45,707 nucleotides of DNA from an uncultured Gammaproteobacteria bacterium (GTDB lineage Bacteria; Patescibacteriota; Patescibacteriia; UBA10025; JAHIVO01). Of this stretch, positions 16,660 to 27,293 are shown piece after piece. Each line of letters starts with the position of its first letter. Position 1 is the stretch's first letter. Below the pieces are notes generated by a model. The model searched no databases. It saw nothing but the letters and a program-made list of their open reading frames with translations, and was not told where the DNA came from. The DNA is taken from positions 1 to 45,707 of the forward strand of contig CAZVMV010000009.1 of the NCBI GenBank assembly GCA_964628855.1. The letters are read 5' to 3'. Position numbers and translations under genes: made by a program.

Positions 16660-17829
16660 TTATTTGACCAATTTAATTTCGATGTGATCTTTCAGTTGGG
16701 GCGCTTTAGTCACCCAAAACGGCGAGAATTTGATCTGCACTTCTTTGATCTGGTCGAAATGCGAAAAATAGGCTTTTATTTCCTGTGCATCATGCCCAGC
16801 GACCTTGTCACGGTCGAATATTGGGTTTGAAAGGCGGGGGATGATGTTGGCCGTGTATTTCACTGCTAGCATGGCGGATTCTGTTTTCAGGTCGTATGAT
16901 TCAACAGAATAGGATAATATCGCCTCTGATTCGGAATCAATCTGCTCGTCGACCGGTAAATTTGTCGCGAGATCATTTTGGGCAATCGATTCAAGGGTGG
17001 GGACATCGAAAACAACGGCGATAAATTTTATTTTTTGGTCAATTGTCAGAGTTGCCGCCTCCTCACCATCTTTGGCGGATTCAGTTTGGCTTTGGATGAC
17101 CGGTGTCAGCATGGAAGGCTCGGCGGTAACAGCTGCACGTTCCCCGTCAGGCTTGGCCAGTTCGGCCACTGCCTGATCAGCCAATTCAGTCGTCAGCAAT
17201 TGGGCAGATTCATTTATAAAAGCTTGGGTAACCGAACGGCCAGTGCGTACGCCGCCAGACATCGCCGTCGAACTTTCCGCGTAAATTTTATCCTGCAAGC
17301 CAGGCCACAAGCCAGGTATGGTGAATTTGGTCGGACCGATATTCCCGGTTTTACCTGGTTGGTCGGCATATACTTCAACGTTTTCTACTTTGCTGCCAGC
17401 TGGTACGTCGACGCGATCCTTTACATGGAATAAAATCCCGTCTGGTGTAAGCAGGCGTGTTGTGGCGGCAAGTGGCTGGTCTTTTGTGTAATTATTGTAT
17501 ATGGTAACTGTGCCGGTAGCCTGGGCTGGCACTTCGCCGCCGGTAGCCGGGTTATCGAAAGTTTTAGAACCATTGACCGTGACACTTGTCAGTGTCCCGC
17601 TAACTGCTGTTATCAGGTTTGACTCCTGTTCGGCGGCGTTTTTCCTGACCAAAACTGAAATGGTCGAGGTTTTTTCCGTTGGTTTCAGGGTGACCGTGAT
17701 AATCGTTTTTGAAAGGGAGTAATAGACAATTAAACCGGCTAGAATGGTGGCTACTATCGAAAAACCGATCAGGATTTTTTTGTACAAGCCAGTTGTCTGT
17801 ACCCGCGAAATTTTTACGTTTTTTTGCAT
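16660..17829 (-). CDS. hypothetical membrane-anchored/exported protein immediately downstream of dnaE
   Basis: One N-terminal TM helix, then a 350-aa Thr/Ala/Glu-rich extracytoplasmic region. It is separated from the dnaE stop by a single base, so is probably co-transcribed. Confidence 0.5.
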   Translation of the reverse strand: MQKNVKISRVQTTGLYKKILIGFSIVATILAGLIVYYSLSKTIITVTLKPTEKTSTISVLVRKNAAEQESNLITAVSGTLTSVTVNGSKTFDNPATGGEVPAQATGTVTIYNNYTKDQPLAATTRLLTPDGILFHVKDRVDVPAGSKVENVEVYADQPGKTGNIGPTKFTIPGLWPGLQDKIYAESSTAMSGGVRTGRSVTQAFINESAQLLTTELADQAVAELAKPDGERAAVTAEPSMLTPVIQSQTESAKDGEEAATLTIDQKIKFIAVVFDVPTLESIAQNDLATNLPVDEQIDSESEAILSYSVESYDLKTESAMLAVKYTANIIPRLSNPIFDRDKVAGHDAQEIKAYFSHFDQIKEVQIKFSPFWVTKAPQLKDHIEIKLVK

Positions 17830-17830
17830 A

Positions 17831-20800
17831 TTATTTTTTCTGCAGGGCCAAATTGCCCTGACCGATCAATGATTCAATTTCACTGAAGCAGGCTTGACCG
17901 ATATGAAATTTTGTCGTAATTATTTTAGTGGTGTCGGGTGAACTTATTTTTAGGTGGACGTGGTAAGGCCCACTGGACTCAGACAGGATATTTTTTAGTT
18001 TCTCGAAAATACTTTGGCCGACCTTCTGCGGAATGGACAGGTAGACATCGCCGGACGTTTGGACTTCCGCCGTTTGTCCGCTGGCTAGGTCGATTTCCTT
18101 CGCCTCATTGCAGAGCATTTTGACGACACCGTCCTTGTCAGAAAGTTTACCTTTGGCCAGGATGATTTTGCCTTCTTGCCAGAGGGATGGCTGGCTGGCG
18201 AGCAGGGTAGGGAAGACTAGTACTTCGATGCGGCCGGACATGTCTTCCATTTTAGCAAAAACCATGGCTTGATTCGAACGGGTGATAACTTTCTGGATCT
18301 GGGTGATGACCCCGCCGATTTTCACATCACCATGCATCATGACCGGTGTTGTTAATCCAACAATAGGTGTGGCGATTTTTGCCAAATACTCGCGATATTC
18401 TTCTAGGGGGTGTTCGGAAATATATAGGCCGAGCAATTCTTTTTCCCACGCGAGTTTCTGTGCCTTGCCGGCTGGAGCGGTCGGATGCAGTTTTAGTTTT
18501 GGGGCATGTTCAACAGGCGATGCGCCGAAAATATTGGTTTGTCCGTTCAGCGCTTCTTTTTCCGCCGCCTTGGCATATTGTAATAAAGCGTCCATGTTGT
18601 CGAGAAGTGATTGGCGTTCGGCAAACTGATCTAATGCTCCGGATTTGGTCAGGCTTTCGAGGGATTTTTTATTCAGGTCTTTTGTTTGCACGCGACGCAG
18701 GAAATCTTCTAGGCTGGTATAGGGCCCGTTTGTTTTCCGTTCCTTGATGATAGTTCTGACGATGTTTTCTCCTACGTTTTTGATGGCCATTAGGCCAAAC
18801 CTGATTTTTTTCTCCGGTTCTCTGGTATCTGGGTGGAAAACCGCAGTGAAGGTAGAAAAACTTTCATTAATGTCCGGTGGCAGTACCTTTATGCCCATGC
18901 GTTCGCATTCTTCTACTTCGATGGCAATACGGTCGATGTCACCGTAATCAGAGGTCAGTAATGATGCCATGAATTCATCCGGGTAGTTTGCCTTGAAGAA
19001 TGCCGTCTGGTAGGCGATGAGGGCATAACAGGCGGCGTGCGCTCTGACAAAGCCGTAACGGGCGAATGGTTCGACAATTTTCCAGATTTTTTCCGCTACG
19101 GATTTGTTGATTTTATTTTTTACCATACCGTCCACCAGTTTCTCGTGTTGCTCATCCAATAGTTTTTTAATCTTTTTGCCGACGGCTTTTCGTAGGATAT
19201 CTGCCTCAGGCATGGTGAAGCCGGCCAGGTTGCGTGCAATTTGCATCAGTTGCTCCTGGTAAACGGCGACGCCATGGGTTTTTTCCAGGATCGGCTGGAG
19301 TTTCGGATGCAGATAAACGGTCTGTTTACGTCCGTGCTTGCCTGCGATGAAATCCGGAATGAATTCCATCGGGCCCGGGCGGTACAATGCCACCATGGCA
19401 ATGATGTCCTCTAGCTCCGTCGGTTTCAGCTGTTTCAAATAACGTTTCATACCCGTAGATTCAAGCTGGAATACCCCAGTGGTCAGGCCGTCCTGCAGAA
19501 GCTTGAATGTTTTCCTGTCGTTCAATATCAGGTCATCAGTGTTTTTTTCCTGCCCACGTGCCTTACGGATTATGTCGATAGTGTTTTCCAGGATAGTCAG
19601 GTTTTTCAGCCCGAGAAAATCCATTTTCAGCAGGCCTAGGTCCTCGATGGGGTGGAGTGAATATTGGGAAATAATTATGTTTTCTCCCTGGGTGGCGTAC
19701 TGGGTCGGTACATAATGGTCCAGGGGCTCTTTTGTGATAACGACGCCGCAGGCGTGAGTTGATGCGTGACGGGCGACGCCTTCCAGTTTTCTAGCTGCAT
19801 CAATCAGTGATTTCGCGTCAGGCGAGTGCTCGTATTCCTCTTTGAGTTCCGGATTTAGTTCCAGTGCCTGATTAATGTTCAGGGACATCGGGATCATTTT
19901 GGCCAGTTTATCGCAATAAGCATAGGCCATGCCGAGGACGCGTCCGGCGTCGCGGATAGCTGCACGGGCGGCCATTGTCCCGAAAGTTATGATCTGTGCT
20001 ACGTGGTCTTTGCCGTATTTTTGCTCGACATATTTTATAACCTCATCTCTCCGCGTGTCGGCAAAATCAAGGTCAATATCAGGCATGGAAACACGTTCAG
20101 GGTTCAGGAATCTTTCGAATATCAGTTCGTATTTCAAGGGGTCAACATTGGTGATGTTTGTCAGGTAGGAAACGATGCTGCCGGCGGCTGAGCCACGACC
20201 CGGTCCCACGACGATCTTGTTGTTCTTTGCCCAGTTCACGAAATCCTGGACAATCAAGAAATAAGGGGCAAAGCCAGTTTTGGTGATGACTGAAAGTTCG
20301 TATTCGAGACGGTCAATAATTTTCTTGTCCGATGTCTGTTTTGGAAATCTTTTGGGCAAGCCGGCATAGCAAAGTTCACGCAAAAAAGCATCAGCCGTTT
20401 TTCCGTCCGGGACATCGAAATGTGGCAGGGTAATCTTCCCCAATTCCAACTCTACCTGGCAGCGGGCCGCTACCTTTAATGTGTTTGCTATGACTTCCGG
20501 ATGGTCTTTGAACGCTTCAGCCATCCGTTCGGGGCTTTTTAGAGAAAAATCTTCGCCCAAATATGACATGCGGTCCTTGTCCTCTTTTTTCCGTTTCGTT
20601 TGCAGGCAGATGAGGATGTCGTGGATCTGGTCATCCTCTGAATTTAAATAATGAACGTCGTTTGTGGCCACGACGGGCAGTCCCATTTTATTCCCGAGTG
20701 CCAGGATTTTTTCATTTATCTGTATCTGATGTTCCAGTGTCGGATGGTCCTGGATTTCCAGGTAAAAATTTTCAGGACCGAAAATATCCGCCAGTTCCCG

Positions 20801-21277
20801 GGCGGTTTGTTCGGCGTGTTTTTCGTCGTGGTTCAGAAGTGATTGTGAGACTGCTCCCTGCAGGCAGGCGCTCAGGCCGATTAGTCCATCCGCATGCTGA
20901 CGCAGTAGGTCCAGGTCAATCCGAGGTTTGTAATAGAAGCCTTGGAGGTGTGCTTGGCTGGTCAACTTGATCAGGTTGCGATAACCGTCTAGGTTCCTGG
21001 CTAACAATACAAGATGAAAGGGCCGTTCGTCGATCCTGGCCCTTTTGTTTAGCATGCCGTTCCGCGCCACATACGCCTCGACGCCAATAATCGGCTTAAT
21101 GCCCGCTTTGGTTGCTTTTTGGTAAAACTCAACCGCCCCGTACATGACACCATGGTCTGTCAGGGCAATCGCCGGCATGCCTAGCTCTTTGGCCTTTGCG
21201 ACAAGGTCATCGATCTTCGCCAAACCGTCTAGGAGACTATAATGACTATGGACATGTAGGTGAACAAAGTCCGTCAT
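17831..21277 (-). CDS. dnaE: DNA polymerase III alpha subunit
   Basis: PHP domain [13 protein letters not shown], pol-III alpha core and OB fold over 1148 aa. Confidence 0.95.
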   Translation of the reverse strand: MTDFVHLHVHSHYSLLDGLAKIDDLVAKAKELGMPAIALTDHGVMYGAVEFYQKATKAGIKPIIGVEAYVARNGMLNKRARIDERPFHLVLLARNLDGYRNLIKLTSQAHLQGFYYKPRIDLDLLRQHADGLIGLSACLQGAVSQSLLNHDEKHAEQTARELADIFGPENFYLEIQDHPTLEHQIQINEKILALGNKMGLPVVATNDVHYLNSEDDQIHDILICLQTKRKKEDKDRMSYLGEDFSLKSPERMAEAFKDHPEVIANTLKVAARCQVELELGKITLPHFDVPDGKTADAFLRELCYAGLPKRFPKQTSDKKIIDRLEYELSVITKTGFAPYFLIVQDFVNWAKNNKIVVGPGRGSAAGSIVSYLTNITNVDPLKYELIFERFLNPERVSMPDIDLDFADTRRDEVIKYVEQKYGKDHVAQIITFGTMAARAAIRDAGRVLGMAYAYCDKLAKMIPMSLNINQALELNPELKEEYEHSPDAKSLIDAARKLEGVARHASTHACGVVITKEPLDHYVPTQYATQGENIIISQYSLHPIEDLGLLKMDFLGLKNLTILENTIDIIRKARGQEKNTDDLILNDRKTFKLLQDGLTTGVFQLESTGMKRYLKQLKPTELEDIIAMVALYRPGPMEFIPDFIAGKHGRKQTVYLHPKLQPILEKTHGVAVYQEQLMQIARNLAGFTMPEADILRKAVGKKIKKLLDEQHEKLVDGMVKNKINKSVAEKIWKIVEPFARYGFVRAHAACYALIAYQTAFFKANYPDEFMASLLTSDYGDIDRIAIEVEECERMGIKVLPPDINESFSTFTAVFHPDTREPEKKIRFGLMAIKNVGENIVRTIIKERKTNGPYTSLEDFLRRVQTKDLNKKSLESLTKSGALDQFAERQSLLDNMDALLQYAKAAEKEALNGQTNIFGASPVEHAPKLKLHPTAPAGKAQKLAWEKELLGLYISEHPLEEYREYLAKIATPIVGLTTPVMMHGDVKIGGVITQIQKVITRSNQAMVFAKMEDMSGRIEVLVFPTLLASQPSLWQEGKIILAKGKLSDKDGVVKMLCNEAKEIDLASGQTAEVQTSGDVYLSIPQKVGQSIFEKLKNILSESSGPYHVHLKISSPDTTKIITTKFHIGQACFSEIESLIGQGNLALQKK

Positions 21278-21310
21278 AAGTACGGAATTTCCTAACTTCT
21301 CTATTAAGCC

Positions 21311-21637
21311 TTATTTATTTCCGGTTGTTTTTGACCGCTTGGCCTTCTCCTCGTGCCGACGCTTGAAATAGTCGACCAGGTCGGTGACGCCTTTCAGCAC
21401 GAGCGGCAAGTACCCGGCGGTATTTTTTAGCTTATCCTCTACGGCATCCAGCAGCTGCCCCAGCCGTTCAATTTTTTCCTTCACCAGTCGGACAACGTCG
21501 CTAACCTCGTCGGTTACTTCTTTGGCACGTTTCAGCATCATAACGATGTAGTAGAGGGCCCAACATAGAAAGAACGTCAAAACGGCCACGCTGATGGCCA
21601 GGATGAGGAGAAGTATCTCCTTACTAGATTCTAGCAT
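21311..21637 (-). CDS. small membrane-anchored coiled-coil protein (DUF948/YtxH-like stress-protein architecture)
   Basis: N-terminal TM helix then amphipathic helical region (VVRLVKEKIERLGQLLDAVEDKLKN); 108 aa. Confidence 0.45.
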   Translation of the reverse strand: MLESSKEILLLILAISVAVLTFFLCWALYYIVMMLKRAKEVTDEVSDVVRLVKEKIERLGQLLDAVEDKLKNTAGYLPLVLKGVTDLVDYFKRRHEEKAKRSKTTGNK

Positions 21638-21762
21638 AATGTTGTATCGCTATTTATGTATTTATCACCACTGAGTATACCATATTCATATAACCAATCC
21701 AAATAATTCCCAAAATGAAGTAGCTGTGCTAAAATATAAAAGTGAAATAAAGTCAAGACTAT

Positions 21763-22593
21763 ATGTTTGATATCGGTACGATTTGGATAAAACTGAACTA
21801 TTTCGTATTGACAAACCGCCAAGATCTAAGGAAATGGTGGGTTTTGACATTGATCGCCATTGCGGTCTTCAGCACTGTGTTTGTTATCACCAATGCCGTA
21901 ATTTATATAGTCAATCTGCCGAAACAGGACGCCCTAATCAGAGCCATTGCCGCCAGCCCGCTTGATTTTAATGCTGTCCGCGCCACGCAACGGCCTCAGC
22001 CACTGAAAATCGGTGAAGCGGTTGTCTTGCCAGCAGGCACCGGCCGGTATACGATCGTGGCTAAAGTCCAAAACATCAATAAAAATTGGGCAGCCACTTC
22101 AGTGAAATACGAATTTTCCATCGGCGGTCAGAATACCGGTGAACTTTCGGACGCAGTCATGCCGTCAGCCGAACAGTACCTGGCGGGATATAATATCAGC
22201 GGACCAGAAACTTCATCCGGACTAACCGGAACACTTTCGATAAAAGATGTAACCTGGGTCCGAGTGCCTGACCTTAGTGTTATGGCCAAATCTGATTTTT
22301 CCTATGATGAACTGAAATTTGACTCTTCGACGACCAGAACCGGGCAGAGCACATGCCGTGTAACCGGTAAGGTGACGAATAATTCCCTGTCAGGTTTTTG
22401 GCGGGTGAAATTACAGGTGGTTCTGCTGAATGAAGGGGCTATCACGGGCATTAATACGGTATTCCTGGAAAAATTTTTGCCAGGCGAGAGTCGGTCGCTT
22501 TACACTCAGTATGACCAGGTGGGTGGTTCGGTAAAAAGCATTTCCGTTGTACCGTCAATGAACCTGTTGGATACGGGAAACCTTATACGCTAA
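21763..22593 (+). CDS. hypothetical membrane-anchored protein
   Basis: N-terminal TM helix (WWVLTLIAIAVFSTVFVI), extracytoplasmic Ser/Thr/Gly-rich beta-type domain; no family recognised. Confidence 0.45.
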   Translation: MFDIGTIWIKLNYFVLTNRQDLRKWWVLTLIAIAVFSTVFVITNAVIYIVNLPKQDALIRAIAASPLDFNAVRATQRPQPLKIGEAVVLPAGTGRYTIVAKVQNINKNWAATSVKYEFSIGGQNTGELSDAVMPSAEQYLAGYNISGPETSSGLTGTLSIKDVTWVRVPDLSVMAKSDFSYDELKFDSSTTRTGQSTCRVTGKVTNNSLSGFWRVKLQVVLLNEGAITGINTVFLEKFLPGESRSLYTQYDQVGGSVKSISVVPSMNLLDTGNLIR

Positions 22594-22609
22594 TAGAGTC
22601 AAGGAAGTC

Positions 22610-23719
22610 ATGTGGCAATCTATTTATACTTATTTTAGGAAATCCGATTGGGCGCTGACATTGTCAGTCCTTTTTTTGTCAGCATTCGGCATGATGTCAC
22701 TTTATAGTATTGAGTCGACTGCTGATAGCCCGAATTTTTTTGATTTTAAGAAACAGCTTATTTTTATAGCCGCTGGCATTATCCTGATGGTCGGAATTGG
22801 AATTATTGATTATCGATTTGCTCGCTCATACGGTGCAGTCCTGTATGCAGTTGGATTGCTCGGTCTGGCGACAGTTCTTGTGCTGGGTACGACCGTCCGT
22901 GGCACAAGGGGATGGTTTTTTATTGGCGGGCAGGGTTTCCAGCCGGTCGAATTGATAAAAATTTTTTTGATAGTAGTGGTGGCCCAACTTTTCCAGCGAT
23001 GGCGCCTGGAAATCATGAGTTTGCGGCGGCTGATGATCATCGCGGCCGTTGCGTTGCCGGCTATCGGCTTAGTCCTGTGGCAACCTGATTTTGGATCTGC
23101 GTTGATCCTACTAGCGATTTTTCTTGGTATGCTTATGCTGTCAAAAATAAAAAAACAGTACGTTCTGTCGATCGTCATACTGTTACTGCTCGTTTCTGTG
23201 GTAAGTTGGTTTTTTGTATTGAAGGATTACCAGAAGGACCGTATCCTCACCTTCATCGACCCGAATCATGATCCGTACGGCAGTGGCTACAATATAAAAC
23301 AGTCAATAATAGCGGTCGGCTCGGGAAATTGGTTTGGCAGGGGACTATCACTCGGTTCGCAAAGTCGGCTGCATTTCTTGCCAGCCCAAAAAACAGACTT
23401 TATTTTCGCCGTGATCGCCGAGGAATTGGGCTTTGTCGGCGCCGGCCTAGTACTAGCTTGTTTTGTTTTATTGATTTGGAGACTCATTTCTACTGCACGG
23501 CAGGCTCGGGACAGTTTTGGCGCCGTAATCTTAGGCGGCCTGGTGGTGTATTTCGCCTGCCAGACGATCCTGAACATAGGCATGAATATTGGATTGCTCC
23601 CAATCGCCGGTGTCACGCTGCCATTTGTCAGTTATGGCGGCAGTTCCCTGGTGGTCAGCTACCTGGCAATAGGTTTGGCGCAGAGCATCCGGGTGAGAAG
23701 TTTGACGTCATTATCATAA
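22610..23719 (+). CDS. SEDS-family peptidoglycan glycosyltransferase (RodA/FtsW)
   Basis: 369 aa, 10 TM architecture, family blocks (...FQPVELIKI..., ...GSGNWFGRGLSLGSQ..., ...TDFIFAVIAEELGFVG...). Confidence 0.88.
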   Translation: MWQSIYTYFRKSDWALTLSVLFLSAFGMMSLYSIESTADSPNFFDFKKQLIFIAAGIILMVGIGIIDYRFARSYGAVLYAVGLLGLATVLVLGTTVRGTRGWFFIGGQGFQPVELIKIFLIVVVAQLFQRWRLEIMSLRRLMIIAAVALPAIGLVLWQPDFGSALILLAIFLGMLMLSKIKKQYVLSIVILLLLVSVVSWFFVLKDYQKDRILTFIDPNHDPYGSGYNIKQSIIAVGSGNWFGRGLSLGSQSRLHFLPAQKTDFIFAVIAEELGFVGAGLVLACFVLLIWRLISTARQARDSFGAVILGGLVVYFACQTILNIGMNIGLLPIAGVTLPFVSYGGSSLVVSYLAIGLAQSIRVRSLTSLS

Positions 23720-23763
23720 TAGGTTAATATATTCGATAAGTGTTTTTAAGGTAGTCTCGGGCA

Positions 23764-23793
23764 TTGACGAAGGGGATGGATTTGTGCTATAAT
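23764..23793 (+). promoter_or_regulatory. sigma70-type promoter with extended -10
   Basis: TTGACG (23764-23769) N18 TGcTATAAT (23785-23793); ATG of next gene at 23819. Confidence 0.55.
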
Positions 23794-23818
23794 GCTGGTG
23801 TTACAAATAAAAACTACC

Positions 23819-24142
23819 ATGGAAACAAAAAGAAAAAATGACATCCAACCCCTAGCTGACTTCGCTGAACTTGTTGAATACTGCTCGCTTTGCGATGCCA
23901 CATTTCAGCCTCGTGCGGTAGCCGTCATCCGTGACATTGGACGCACGCAATTGCTACACACCGCCTGTACCCACTGCGGCAGTTCTATTATCGTCCTGCT
24001 TGTACTGAATGAATTGGGCTTACGCTCAGTCGGATTTCTGACTGACCTGACCGATGAGGACGTTTCCAGGTTCAGCGGGCAGGCAGCCGTAAGTTGTGAT
24101 GACCTTTTGGAGATGCATGCATCGCTCGAAAACTTGTTTTAA
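23819..24142 (+). CDS. hypothetical small protein with CxxC...CxxC zinc-ribbon-like motif
   Basis: CSLCD...CTHCG; start placed at ATG 23819 (METKRKN...), because the listed 23792 ATG lies inside the -10 box. Confidence 0.4.
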   Translation: METKRKNDIQPLADFAELVEYCSLCDATFQPRAVAVIRDIGRTQLLHTACTHCGSSIIVLLVLNELGLRSVGFLTDLTDEDVSRFSGQAAVSCDDLLEMHASLENLF

Positions 24143-24196
24143 ATGATGTTTTAATCACTATTCACCAATTATTTTAAGTCTTTTTTCATCCATTTT

Positions 24197-24916
24197 ATGA
24201 ACCAAGCAAAATCCGGAACCGAAGTAATTGTGTTGCCAGCTTTGCCTCGCAGCAAGGTCGGGAAGCAGAGTTCTACGGTACGCAGAGAAGAAAAAATCCC
24301 AGCCGTACTCTATGGCCATGGGATCAAGAATAGCAATCTAACCATCGAATACCGAACATTTGAAAAGGTTTACCGCCAGGCAGGCGGGAGCCGTTTGATT
24401 GATTTACAGATCGGTGAAGAGAAGCCAGTCAAGGTATTGATCCAGACGGTCCAGAAAGACCCGGTCAGCGATCGGTTCATCCATGCAGATTTGCACCAGG
24501 TCCGCATGACAGAGAAAATCAGCGCTACCATCGCCGTCAATTTTATCGGCGAAGCAAAAGCCGTGAAGGAAGAGGGCGGCATATTGGTAAAAAATTTGAC
24601 CGAGTTGAAAGTGGAATGTTTGCCTCAGGATCTAGTGCAGGAAATCGACGTACCCATTACCGGGCTTAATACTTTTGATGACCTGATCCGCGTCCGTGAT
24701 TTGTCCATTCCTACTGGCATCACTATCAAAGAAAAAGATGATGAAGTGGTAGTCAGCGTCCAGCCGCCGCGTTCGGAAGAAGAACTGAAATCACTGGAGG
24801 AAAAACCAGAAGAAGCGGTGGACAAAGTAGAAGTTGCCGGCAAAGAAAAGAAGGAAGAGGAGGAAGAGGTGGCAGAAGGTGCCGCCGAAGAGAAGCCGGC
24901 TGCCGAGAAAAAATAA
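24197..24916 (+). CDS. rplY: 50S ribosomal protein L25 / general stress protein Ctc with long acidic-lysine C-terminal tail
   Basis: L25 N-domain (RSKVGKQSSTVRREEKIPAVLYGHG) and Ctc beta-barrel domain, plus a KEKKEEEEEVAEGAAEEKPAAEKK tail. Confidence 0.8.
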   Translation: MNQAKSGTEVIVLPALPRSKVGKQSSTVRREEKIPAVLYGHGIKNSNLTIEYRTFEKVYRQAGGSRLIDLQIGEEKPVKVLIQTVQKDPVSDRFIHADLHQVRMTEKISATIAVNFIGEAKAVKEEGGILVKNLTELKVECLPQDLVQEIDVPITGLNTFDDLIRVRDLSIPTGITIKEKDDEVVVSVQPPRSEEELKSLEEKPEEAVDKVEVAGKEKKEEEEEVAEGAAEEKPAAEKK

Positions 24917-24936
24917 CCCTTAATTTTCCAAATATT

Positions 24937-26013
24937 ATGCCACAAGACCCAGCCAAAGATTACGTATGGGGGAAACGTAAGAATAAGAAATGGCTGTTCA
25001 TCGGCATTGGCGCTGCGGTAGTCGTGGCCGGGGTTTTGGGCTATGTGATTTTCGGATTGAATATCGATAATGGCAATACAAACAGCACGACCAAGCTGAC
25101 TAATGACGGCAAGGCTGCGTTGGTTAGGCGCGTTATTGATGGTGTTTATGTACCGGCCGGTCAGGAAAACATCTATCCGATCGCCGTAATGATAGAGAAC
25201 CTGACTTCTTCCCGTCCGCCATCGGGACTTTCACAGGCAAATATAGTATATGAGGCGCTTGCAGAAGGAGGTATTACCAGGTTTATGGCAATCTACGCCC
25301 AACCACTGATCGCCATCAAGGAGATCGGTCCGGTTAGATCTGCACGTTCTTATTATGTTGATTGGGCGCTGGAATATAAGGCCATGTATGTACATGTCGG
25401 CGGTAGCCCGCAAGCCCTGGCTCAGATCAAATCAGACGACGTTTTTGATTTCAGCCAATTTTACCACTCACCATATTTTTGGCGAGATACGAACCGGTCG
25501 GCGCCACATAATCTTTACACTTCCGGAGAAAAAATGGGACTAGCGCTGGTTGACCAGAAAGCGCCAGCTGTCGGCGACTATACAGGCTGGAAATACAAGG
25601 ATGACGCCAGTTCTAATTCCTGGCCAACTACAGAAAAAACCGTTACTATAGATTTTTCCTCATTCAATTATAAAGTTGAATACAAATACGACAATACTAA
25701 AAATAATTATGTTCGTTATCTGGCCGGACAACCTCACCAGGACAAGGACGGCACAACCATCCGTGCAAAAAATGTGATTGTCCAAAAAATGAAAACTCAG
25801 TTGGTGGACCAGGAACGGTTGGGCATGGAAACAGTCGGCAGCGGCGAAGCGATCATTTTCCGGGACGGGCAGGCTTTGATCGGAACATGGGACAGGAAGA
25901 CTAAAGCCGACCGGACAAGGTTTTACGACCAGACCAGCGCTGAGGTTGAGCTGAATGCGGGAACCACCTGGGTGGAAGTGGTGCCGACAGACCGAAACAT
26001 CGTTTATAACTAA
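24937..26013 (+). CDS. DUF3048-family (YerB-like) membrane-anchored protein, paralog 1
   Basis: N-terminal TM, then the conserved block MIENL...RP.SGLSQA.IVYEALAEGGITRFMAI and C-terminal DUF3048 region. Confidence 0.6.
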   Translation: MPQDPAKDYVWGKRKNKKWLFIGIGAAVVVAGVLGYVIFGLNIDNGNTNSTTKLTNDGKAALVRRVIDGVYVPAGQENIYPIAVMIENLTSSRPPSGLSQANIVYEALAEGGITRFMAIYAQPLIAIKEIGPVRSARSYYVDWALEYKAMYVHVGGSPQALAQIKSDDVFDFSQFYHSPYFWRDTNRSAPHNLYTSGEKMGLALVDQKAPAVGDYTGWKYKDDASSNSWPTTEKTVTIDFSSFNYKVEYKYDNTKNNYVRYLAGQPHQDKDGTTIRAKNVIVQKMKTQLVDQERLGMETVGSGEAIIFRDGQALIGTWDRKTKADRTRFYDQTSAEVELNAGTTWVEVVPTDRNIVYN

Positions 26014-26036
26014 ATTTTTTCATTTTTTTCAGGTTC

Positions 26037-27248
26037 GTGCCAAAACAAAAACCAAAACAAAAAAATAACGCTCCGGTGAAGAAGGAACTGCCCGGCGATA
26101 AAACGCCGAAAACTCCAGTCGTGCAAAAAAAGGAGCTGACCGCGCCTGTTCGCGGTCGCCAGTGGCATATGTGCCTGGCGGTTTTTTTGTCAGTGGCTAT
26201 CGGCCTGTTGGCGGTTTTTTCCGTGGCTTTCGCCGAATACGGCTGGCCGCAGGTTTCTGGTAAGTGCACAAAAAATTATTCATCTTTAGCCCTGACTAAA
26301 CTTCCGGAGGCAAGCACGCTAATAAACAATGGTTTGGTACCTCGACTTTTGGATGGGGTACTTGTGAAACAGGACCAGGCGAATTTCTGGCCTTACGCCG
26401 TGATGATCGAAAACCTCCTGACTGTACGTCCGCAAAGCGGATTGTCACAGGCCTCGGTCGTGTACGAAACTCTGGCCGAAGGCGGCAGCACCAGGTTCAT
26501 GGCGGTATTTGATCCGTCGGAAATCGTGAAGGAAATTATGCCGGTCCGTTCGGCTCGGCCATATTATATAGAATGGGTGTCCGAATACGCCGCGCTTTAT
26601 GCTCATGCCGGCGGCAGCCCGAAAGCCCTAACTGTCATCCGGGAGAATAAGGACATAAATGACCTGGACGCCCTGTCGAGGAACGGGAAGTATTTCTGGC
26701 GGGACAAATCCAAGGGCGCCCCGCATAATTTGGTGACATCTTCGGAAAAAATGAATTTCGCCCTAAGAGATTTTAATTTATTGGACAAGTCTGCGGCGTT
26801 TATTCCATGGAAGTTCAAGGAGGACGCGGTTTTGGCAGCACGGGGGACGGACGCCAAATCAGTGGAATTCAATTTTTCGACCGGGAAGACATATTTGGTC
26901 CGTTTCCAATATGAGCAGGCGACGAATTCGTATTTGCGTTTCAATGCTAATGAGCCGCACCTAGATAAAAATACCGGCAAACAGATTTCCGTTAAAAACG
27001 TAATTGTCCAGCTTGTCCGCGAACCTGGTTTTGACAACACTGGCAAGGGCCGGCTCGACATCTATGTCGGCGGCACCGGTACAGCCTGGATATTCATCGA
27101 CGGTCAGGTGACCAAAGGCACCTGGCAGAAAGAATCGCGTACCGGCCGCACCACTTTTTTTGATGCAGCCGGAAAAGAAATTTCATTCAACCGGGGCAAC
27201 ACCTGGGTGCATGTGGTGCCAGAGGACCAGGCCGTAGAATATAAATAA
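26037..27248 (+). CDS. DUF3048-family (YerB-like) membrane-anchored protein, paralog 2
   Basis: Same blocks as paralog 1 (YAVMIENLLTVRPQSGLSQASVVYETLAEGGSTRFMAV...); Lys/Pro-rich N-terminus before the TM helix. Confidence 0.6.
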   Translation: MPKQKPKQKNNAPVKKELPGDKTPKTPVVQKKELTAPVRGRQWHMCLAVFLSVAIGLLAVFSVAFAEYGWPQVSGKCTKNYSSLALTKLPEASTLINNGLVPRLLDGVLVKQDQANFWPYAVMIENLLTVRPQSGLSQASVVYETLAEGGSTRFMAVFDPSEIVKEIMPVRSARPYYIEWVSEYAALYAHAGGSPKALTVIRENKDINDLDALSRNGKYFWRDKSKGAPHNLVTSSEKMNFALRDFNLLDKSAAFIPWKFKEDAVLAARGTDAKSVEFNFSTGKTYLVRFQYEQATNSYLRFNANEPHLDKNTGKQISVKNVIVQLVREPGFDNTGKGRLDIYVGGTGTAWIFIDGQVTKGTWQKESRTGRTTFFDAAGKEISFNRGNTWVHVVPEDQAVEYK

Positions 27249-27252
27249 AAAT

Positions 27253-27292
27253 ACCGCCCTTACTCTGATTGTGGGTAAAGGCGGTTTCACTT
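27253..27292 (-). terminator. intrinsic terminator (mainly for minus-strand gene 27294-27776)
   Basis: ACCGCCCTT...AAAGGCGGT hairpin, followed on the minus strand by ATTTTTATTTAT. Confidence 0.5.
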
Positions 27293-27293
27293 C

